Source: Rhodospirillaceae bacterium
Lineage (GTDB): Bacteria > Pseudomonadota > Alphaproteobacteria > JAEUKQ01
Direction of reading: 5' to 3'
DNA length: 64,000 nt
NCBI GenBank assembly: GCA_016722635.1
Contig: JADKIX010000003.1
Coordinates: 411,543-475,542 of the forward strand
Each line of letters starts with the position of its first letter. Position 1 is the first letter of the stretch. The notes under the pieces are model-generated. The model was not told the origin of the DNA. It ran no database searches and saw only the letters and a program-made list of their open reading frames with translations. Position numbers and translations under genes: made by a program. Positions 58,207 through 64,000 of this stretch are shown piece after piece.

Positions 58207-61050
58207 TTGGATTTTAAATCAACAGTTTTCCTGCCAAAAACTGATTTTGCCTTGCGGGCGAATTTATCTGAACGGGAAGCCCAGATACTCGAAATATGGC
58301 AAAAGACCGATCTTTTTAACCAATTACGCAAGGCTCATAAAGGCAAGGAAAAATTCTTACTGCATGATGGCCCACCCTATGCAAATGGTCATATCCACAT
58401 CGGTACAGCCCTTAATAAAATTTTAAAGGATATGGTAAACCGTAGCCAGTTTATGCTGGGCAAAGATGTGAATTACGTCCCTGGTTGGGATTGTCATGGA
58501 TTACCGATTGAATGGCAAATTGAGCAGCAATACCGTAAAGCAGGCCGTGACAAAGATAAAGTGCCAGTGGCAGAATTCCGCCGTGAGTGCGAACAATTTG
58601 CGAAGCAATGGTTGGATACCCAGCGACAGGAATTTAAAAGATTAGGCGTGAATGCGGATTGGGATCATCCCTATATGACCATGTCACCCCAGGCCGAGGC
58701 CCAGATTTTGCGGGAAATCGGCAAATTCGTGATGAATGGTGGATTATACCTTGGTTTTATTCCCGTTTTATGGTCGGTGATTGAGAAAACGGCTTTAGCC
58801 GAAGCGGAGGTCGAGTATCATGATAAAAACTCCTCAGCTATTTATGTGCGGTTCCCGGTTGTTAAAACATCTCTGCCCTCTCTAAAGGGCAAGAATTGTT
58901 ATGCCGTCATTTGGACAACCACGCCCTGGACTTTACCAGCCAACCGCGCCATTGCTTTTGGGGCGGATTTATCTTATGTGGCCTTAAAGGTTGGGCAAAC
59001 GAAAGATAATGTTGCTATACAAACAGCCGATATTTATTTGGTAGCAGCTGATCTGGTTCAAGGGTTCTGTGAGGCAACCGGCATTATCCAGCACCAGATA
59101 CTACAAGAAATCAAGGGCAGCATGTTGACTGGCAGTATGTGCCAACATCCGCTGCACGGCAAAGGCTATGATTTTAATGTTCCCCTGGTTGAAGGTCACC
59201 ATGTCACCACCGAACAAGGGACGGGGTTGGTTCATATTGCCCCTTCCCACGGGTCTGACGATTTCGAAATCGGCAAAAAATACAAATTGGAAGTCCCAAA
59301 CCTCATTATGGAGGATGGCAGTTATAGCCCAACCGTTCCTTTATTTGCGGGTGCCCGGATTTTAAAGCTGGACGGCAAAACAGGAGACGCTGATAAAGTC
59401 GTGATTGAGGCTATACGCCAAGCCACACACCTATTGTCTTTGAAGCAAATCACCCATAGCTATCCCCATAGCTGGCGGTCGAAATCGCCCTTGATCTACC
59501 GCGCAACCCCACAAATATTCATTAGCATGGATAGAAACCAGTTGCGAGAAAAGGCTTTAAAATCCATTGATCGGACGCATTTTATCCCGGTTCAGGGCAA
59601 ACAGCGCCTGAAATCGATGATTGAACAACGGCCGGATTGGTGCATTTCCCGTCAACGCAGCTGGGGAACACCGATTGCATTGTTCATCCATAAAAGAACG
59701 GGCGAGATTTTGCGCGACCAGAAAGTCATTGACCGTATCGCCCAAGCTTTTGAAAAAGAAGGTGCCAATGCCTGGTTTAGCGGCAATCACGAACGCTTTT
59801 TAAAACCCGAATATCAGCTTGCTGATTATAACGTCGTCATGGATACGGTTGATGTTTGGTTTGACAGTGCCTCCACCCACAGCTTTGTGTTAGAAAATCG
59901 GCAACATACAGATATGAAATGGCCAGCTGATTTGTATTTGGAAGGATCCGACCAACATCGCGGCTGGTTTCACACCTCCCTGCTTGAAAGCTGCGGCACC
60001 CGCGGCGAAGCTCCTTTTAAAGCCTTGTTGACCCACGGGTTCGTTTTGGATGAGCAGGGGCGGAAAATGTCAAAATCACTAGGTAATGTCATGGCCCCGG
60101 CGGATGTCATTAAACAATATGGGGCAGACGTCCTAAGGTTATGGGTGGTGGCATCCGATTATACCGATGATTTACGGATCGGTTCAGAAATTTTGAAACA
60201 TCAGGCCGAAGCTTACCGCCGCCTGCGTAATACCATGCGCTATCTCCTAGGTGCTTTAAATGGTTTTGAAGCAGGCCAGAAATTGCCTGTTGATCAATTG
60301 CCTGCCCTGGAAAAATGGGTTTTACATCGTTTATGGCAGCTGGACAAAGTGGTTCGGCAATCTTGTAACGATTTTTCTTTTCATCGGTTATTCAGCGAAA
60401 TTAGCCATTTTTGTGCCATCGATTTATCTGCCTTTTATTTCGACGTTCGCAAAGATTCCCTGTATTGTGATGATCTTGCCAACCCTACCCGTCGTGCCAC
60501 GCAAACAGTCATGCACGAAGTATTTGAATGTCTAACAGCTTGGCTAGCCCCTATTTTATGTTTTACCACTGAAGAAGCCTGGCAAACTTATCATCCGAAT
60601 TCTTCCAGTGTCCATTTGCGGACCTTCCCCATCATTTCTGATAGTTGGGAAAATCAGGATTTAGCAGACAAATTTGTAAAAATCCGCTCCGTCCGCCGGG
60701 TGGTGACCGGCGCCTTGGAAGTGGCGCGGGCCGAACAAAAGATCGGCTCTTCTCTGCAGGCCAAGCCGATTATTTATGTGGATAAATCATTGGCAAAATT
60801 GTTGCAACTGATGGATGTTGCCGACCTGATGATTACCTCAACTGCAGAAGTGCGCTCAACCCTCGCCCCAGCACACGCGTTTAAATCAGCCGATATGCCC
60901 GAAGTGGCGGTGGTGGTTGAGCTGGCAGACGGGCAAAAATGTGACCGCTGCTGGAAAACTTTACCGGAAGTGGGAAATTTTAAAGCCTATCCAAGCTTAT
61001 GCGCGCGTTGTCATGATGTCATTCAACATGCAGGGCATTCCCATGTTTAA
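58207..61050 (+). CDS. ileS: Isoleucine--tRNA ligase
   Basis: HIGH (PYANGHIHIGT) and KMSKS motifs, C-terminal zinc-binding cysteines. 947 aa. Confidence 0.95.
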   Translation: MDFKSTVFLPKTDFALRANLSEREAQILEIWQKTDLFNQLRKAHKGKEKFLLHDGPPYANGHIHIGTALNKILKDMVNRSQFMLGKDVNYVPGWDCHGLPIEWQIEQQYRKAGRDKDKVPVAEFRRECEQFAKQWLDTQRQEFKRLGVNADWDHPYMTMSPQAEAQILREIGKFVMNGGLYLGFIPVLWSVIEKTALAEAEVEYHDKNSSAIYVRFPVVKTSLPSLKGKNCYAVIWTTTPWTLPANRAIAFGADLSYVALKVGQTKDNVAIQTADIYLVAADLVQGFCEATGIIQHQILQEIKGSMLTGSMCQHPLHGKGYDFNVPLVEGHHVTTEQGTGLVHIAPSHGSDDFEIGKKYKLEVPNLIMEDGSYSPTVPLFAGARILKLDGKTGDADKVVIEAIRQATHLLSLKQITHSYPHSWRSKSPLIYRATPQIFISMDRNQLREKALKSIDRTHFIPVQGKQRLKSMIEQRPDWCISRQRSWGTPIALFIHKRTGEILRDQKVIDRIAQAFEKEGANAWFSGNHERFLKPEYQLADYNVVMDTVDVWFDSASTHSFVLENRQHTDMKWPADLYLEGSDQHRGWFHTSLLESCGTRGEAPFKALLTHGFVLDEQGRKMSKSLGNVMAPADVIKQYGADVLRLWVVASDYTDDLRIGSEILKHQAEAYRRLRNTMRYLLGALNGFEAGQKLPVDQLPALEKWVLHRLWQLDKVVRQSCNDFSFHRLFSEISHFCAIDLSAFYFDVRKDSLYCDDLANPTRRATQTVMHEVFECLTAWLAPILCFTTEEAWQTYHPNSSSVHLRTFPIISDSWENQDLADKFVKIRSVRRVVTGALEVARAEQKIGSSLQAKPIIYVDKSLAKLLQLMDVADLMITSTAEVRSTLAPAHAFKSADMPEVAVVVELADGQKCDRCWKTLPEVGNFKAYPSLCARCHDVIQHAGHSHV

Positions 61051-61507
61051 ACGCAGCTTATGTTGGATTGTTGCCATTATCTTAATCGACCAAGTCAGTA
61101 AATATTGGATTTTAGAAACTTTCTGGTCACCCACTGCCCCTTTTTCTATTCCGGTGACTAGTTTCTTTGATTTAGTACTGGTTTGGAATAAAGGCGTGAG
61201 TTTCGGCATACTGGCATCTGACAATGTTTACCAACAGGCTTTAATTATTGGGTTTACACTCTTGATCGCCTGCGGATTAATGATATGGTTATGGCACAAT
61301 CAACGACCTTATTTATCAGTTGTGTTGGCTTTAATTATTGGTGGCGCCTTAGGAAATTTGATTGACCGGCTGCGTTTTCGCGCCGTTGTTGATTTCCTTT
61401 ATGTACATGTCGGCAGTTTTTCTTGGCCGGCGTTTAATGTGGCTGATACCGCGATTACTATAGGTGTTGTGTTACTAATGCTCGACAGCTTTCGCAAAAA
61501 AGCATAA
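61043..61507 (+). CDS. lspA: Lipoprotein signal peptidase II
   Basis: Start at MFKRSL overlaps the ileS stop by 8 nt. Four TM segments with conserved Asp residues. The ORF track's longer ORF begins inside ileS. Confidence 0.85.
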   Translation: MFKRSLCWIVAIILIDQVSKYWILETFWSPTAPFSIPVTSFFDLVLVWNKGVSFGILASDNVYQQALIIGFTLLIACGLMIWLWHNQRPYLSVVLALIIGGALGNLIDRLRFRAVVDFLYVHVGSFSWPAFNVADTAITIGVVLLMLDSFRKKA

Positions 61508-61545
61508 GATGTCGTCTGTTAAAAGAGCAATGGAAGGAATTAGGT

Positions 61546-62124
61546 ATGAGTAACTTGGCTTTTTCTAAAAAAATGACAGTTATGGGATTATCAGCCGTGT
61601 TAATGCTGATTTTATCCGGATGTGAAGGCATTAAAGAATCATTAGGCTTTGGAGGGGCAAAAGCGCCAGATGAATTTATGGTCACCACCCACCCGCCTTT
61701 GACCTTGCCGCCCGACTTTGCCCTGGTTCCACCTGTGGCAGGGGCACCTAACCGCAATAGCGGCACCCCTGCCAACCAGGCAGAGACCGCTTTAACTAAT
61801 GGCAAAAATCTTGCCAATCGCTTGAATGATCAACCCGCATCCGCAGGTGAGGCAAACCTGATCGCTAAAACCGGCATTGGCAATGTACCCTCAGATATCC
61901 GTAGGCTTGTGGAACAAGAAACAGCTTCTATTAACCGCTCCAACCGCAGTTTATTAGGCAAGCTTTTTTCATCCAGTCCCGGCAGCAATCCAGGCGTGGT
62001 GCTTGATCCAACTAAGGAAAAACAGCGTATTGATGAGAATTTGGCCGCCGGTCGACCCTTATCAACTGGTGAAACGCCTGTCTTGAAGGTTCGCAAGCGC
62101 TCCTTCTTTGATAGTTTATTTTAG
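61546..62124 (+). CDS. DUF3035 family lipoprotein
   Basis: Lipobox LSGC. Conserved position downstream of lspA in alphaproteobacteria. 192 aa. Confidence 0.6.
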   Translation: MSNLAFSKKMTVMGLSAVLMLILSGCEGIKESLGFGGAKAPDEFMVTTHPPLTLPPDFALVPPVAGAPNRNSGTPANQAETALTNGKNLANRLNDQPASAGEANLIAKTGIGNVPSDIRRLVEQETASINRSNRSLLGKLFSSSPGSNPGVVLDPTKEKQRIDENLAAGRPLSTGETPVLKVRKRSFFDSLF

Positions 62125-62158
62125 AAACACCCCCATGATGGTAAGGAGTAAAGGGTAG

Positions 62159-63493
62159 ATGATTAAACGAATGAGAAAATTGATCTTACTTCCCTTTTTC
62201 CTTATCTATTCTTTTACGCTTACTGCCCAAAATCGGCATGACTTTGTGGTAGAAAGCTTTCAGTTGTCGAATGGGTTACAAGTGGTCGTGCTGCCAAGTA
62301 ACCGTGCGCCCATTGTTACCCAGATGATCCTTTATCAAGTTGGCTCAGCCGATGAGGAGCCGGGCAAGTCCGGCTTGGCCCATTTCCTGGAACATTTGAT
62401 GTTTAAAGCTACCAAAAATTTTCCAGAGGGGTTTTATGACCAAGAAATCCAACGGGTAGGTGGCGAAGCTAACGCTTTCACCACCCCTGATTATACCGTT
62501 TATCATCAAACGGTTTCCTCAGAATTTTTAGAAATGTTGATGAAACTGGAAGCCGAGCGGATGCAACATTTGATTATCCATGATCCCGGTTTCACGGCCG
62601 AAAAACAAGTGGTGCGCGAAGAAATTCGCCTTAATCATACAGATCCCCCCACCAGCCGGTTATACACGATGATGATGGCGGTGCTTTTTACCCATCACCC
62701 CTACGGGACACCGGTCATTGGCTGGGATCATGAAGTCACCCAACTAACCGCCGTAGATGCCGACAATTTTTACCATCGTTGGTACAGCCCCAGCAACGCT
62801 ATTTTGCTGATTGCGGGGGATGTGCAAGTGCCACAAGTTCGGCAATTGGTTGAAAAATATTATGGCGCCATACCAGGCTTTGCTGTCCCCGCACGGACAC
62901 GCTTACAAGAACCGGCCCTGGCCATCCCGCGCCAGGTAGAATTCGCATCCGCCAATACCCAAGAATTTCGTTGGTGGCGGTTTTATAAAATTCCTTCCCA
63001 TGGAACTACCGAAGCCTTGCCCATGGAATTAATCGCCCAAATCTTAGGTGGCAATAGTAATAGCCGCCTTTATAAGCGATTAGTGATTGAGGAAAAAGTT
63101 GCCAGTAATATTTCCGTTTCCTTTGATACCAGCAATAGGGATTACGTAACCTTAAATTTTTACGCCAGTGCTTCATCAAGCGAACAATTCAGCCTGATCG
63201 AAAAAATCATTAACGAAGAAATTAATAAACTAAAAAACCAACCGGTTTCCCAAAGTGAGCTTGAACAGGCAAAGGCCCAATTAGAAAATGCTGCCATAAA
63301 ATCCCACGATAATATCAGTAGCCTAGGGCAATATATCCTGGTGGGATTAACAACCGGCTGGAAGTTAGAAGATTTACAAAACTGGTCAAATTCCATTCGC
63401 CAAGTGCAGCCGGAACAATTGCAAAAACAAGCGCAGCAATATCTTTTACTGGAGAATTCTGTGACTGGCACCTTACTTCCTCAACTTAAATAG
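62159..63493 (+). CDS. M16 family (pitrilysin-like) zinc peptidase
   Basis: Inverted zinc motif HFLEHLMFK and a signal peptide. 444 aa. Confidence 0.8.
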   Translation: MIKRMRKLILLPFFLIYSFTLTAQNRHDFVVESFQLSNGLQVVVLPSNRAPIVTQMILYQVGSADEEPGKSGLAHFLEHLMFKATKNFPEGFYDQEIQRVGGEANAFTTPDYTVYHQTVSSEFLEMLMKLEAERMQHLIIHDPGFTAEKQVVREEIRLNHTDPPTSRLYTMMMAVLFTHHPYGTPVIGWDHEVTQLTAVDADNFYHRWYSPSNAILLIAGDVQVPQVRQLVEKYYGAIPGFAVPARTRLQEPALAIPRQVEFASANTQEFRWWRFYKIPSHGTTEALPMELIAQILGGNSNSRLYKRLVIEEKVASNISVSFDTSNRDYVTLNFYASASSSEQFSLIEKIINEEINKLKNQPVSQSELEQAKAQLENAAIKSHDNISSLGQYILVGLTTGWKLEDLQNWSNSIRQVQPEQLQKQAQQYLLLENSVTGTLLPQLK

Positions 63494-63505
63494 GGTAATC
63501 ATTAC

Positions 63506-64000
63506 ATGTTTTCATGGCTTCCCCTTAAATTTTTTCAAATTTTATTTGGTTTTGTTGCCTTTTTTATATTCCCGTTCGCCTCTTTACAAGCATTTGATAT
63601 TCAAACGGTTACATCAAAAAAAGGCATTCAAGCTTGGCTGGTTGAAGATCACCAGGTTCCCCTTTTTTCCCTGGCAGTCGGTTTCAGTGGCACGGATTCT
63701 GACCCATCTTCCAAACTGGGACTGGCAAATTTCACCATGTCGATGCTGACGGAGGCGGCTGGAAGCTCACCCTACCTTGAGTTCCAGGAAAAATTGGACA
63801 ATTTGGCAATCGAATCATCCAGCTCGGCCGGTCGTGATCATGTTGTTATCCAGATACGGGGCCTAAGTAAATTCCGCGGGGACACTTTCGATGTTTTAAA
63901 CAAAATTTTATTGTTGCCGCGTTTTGACCAAACGGATATTGAGCGCAACCAACGTCAATACCAGGCTTATTTCCGTCGTCAACAGGAAGATCCAGGTAAT
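63506..64000 (+). CDS. Second M16 family peptidase; N-terminal part only, continues beyond the window
   Basis: Open frame from the ATG at 63506 to the window end (MFSWLPLKFF... signal peptide, then an M16-like N-domain). Paired with the upstream M16 gene. Confidence 0.6.
   Translation, partial: MFSWLPLKFFQILFGFVAFFIFPFASLQAFDIQTVTSKKGIQAWLVEDHQVPLFSLAVGFSGTDSDPSSKLGLANFTMSMLTEAAGSSPYLEFQEKLDNLAIESSSSAGRDHVVIQIRGLSKFRGDTFDVLNKILLLPRFDQTDIERNQRQYQAYFRRQQEDPGN

Noticed and set aside
63546-63749. ORF-track 67-aa ORF after the first M16 peptidase
   Set aside because: It is in the wrong frame. The real gene starts at the ATG at 63506 (a signal peptide followed by an M16 domain) and runs off the window end.

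Overview
This window appears to come from a low-to-moderate GC alphaproteobacterial chromosome, with every annotation below resting on by-eye motif recognition alone. Positions 1-3600 hold the 3' end of a type II-C CRISPR-Cas locus. It comprises the cas9 C-terminus (PAM-interacting region), cas1, cas2, and a 13-repeat array of 36-bp Neisseria-like repeats. The reverse-complement orientation of each repeat ends in TATAAT, which suggests repeat-embedded promoters and crRNA transcription toward the cas genes. The array has oddly heterogeneous spacers (14-34 bp) and one repeat with a 1-nt deletion. Immediately downstream is a textbook sigma70 promoter (TTGATT-17-TATAAT) driving a degenerate repeat / anti-repeat, which is a candidate tracrRNA 5' region. 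That region is abutted 3 bp later by a roughly 465-bp decayed IS3-family (IS407-group) element. The element has TGACCTGCCCCC terminal inverted repeats, an orfA start fused to an orfB 3' region with in-frame stops, and about 60% GC against a host GC of about 42-45%. The rest of the window is conserved alphaproteobacterial core. It includes HNH endonuclease, coq7, dsbB, the chvI-chvG two-component system followed by rapZ, EIIA-Man, NPr and ahcY with no hprK, and a PAS histidine kinase. A 216-bp MITE-like element with perfect 15-bp inverted repeats sits between that kinase and argC. Next come the tsaE-amgK(disrupted)-murU-addB-addA-trxA cluster, folC-accD, mutL, ccmDEFGHI, an amino-acid ABC transporter, folD, gpt, pyrF-lapA-ihfB-rpsA-cmk, SRP RNA-dnaX-ybaB-recR, ribF-ileS-lspA and M16 peptidases. 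There are three tRNAs and two unannotated small ORFs with strong ribosome-binding sites.
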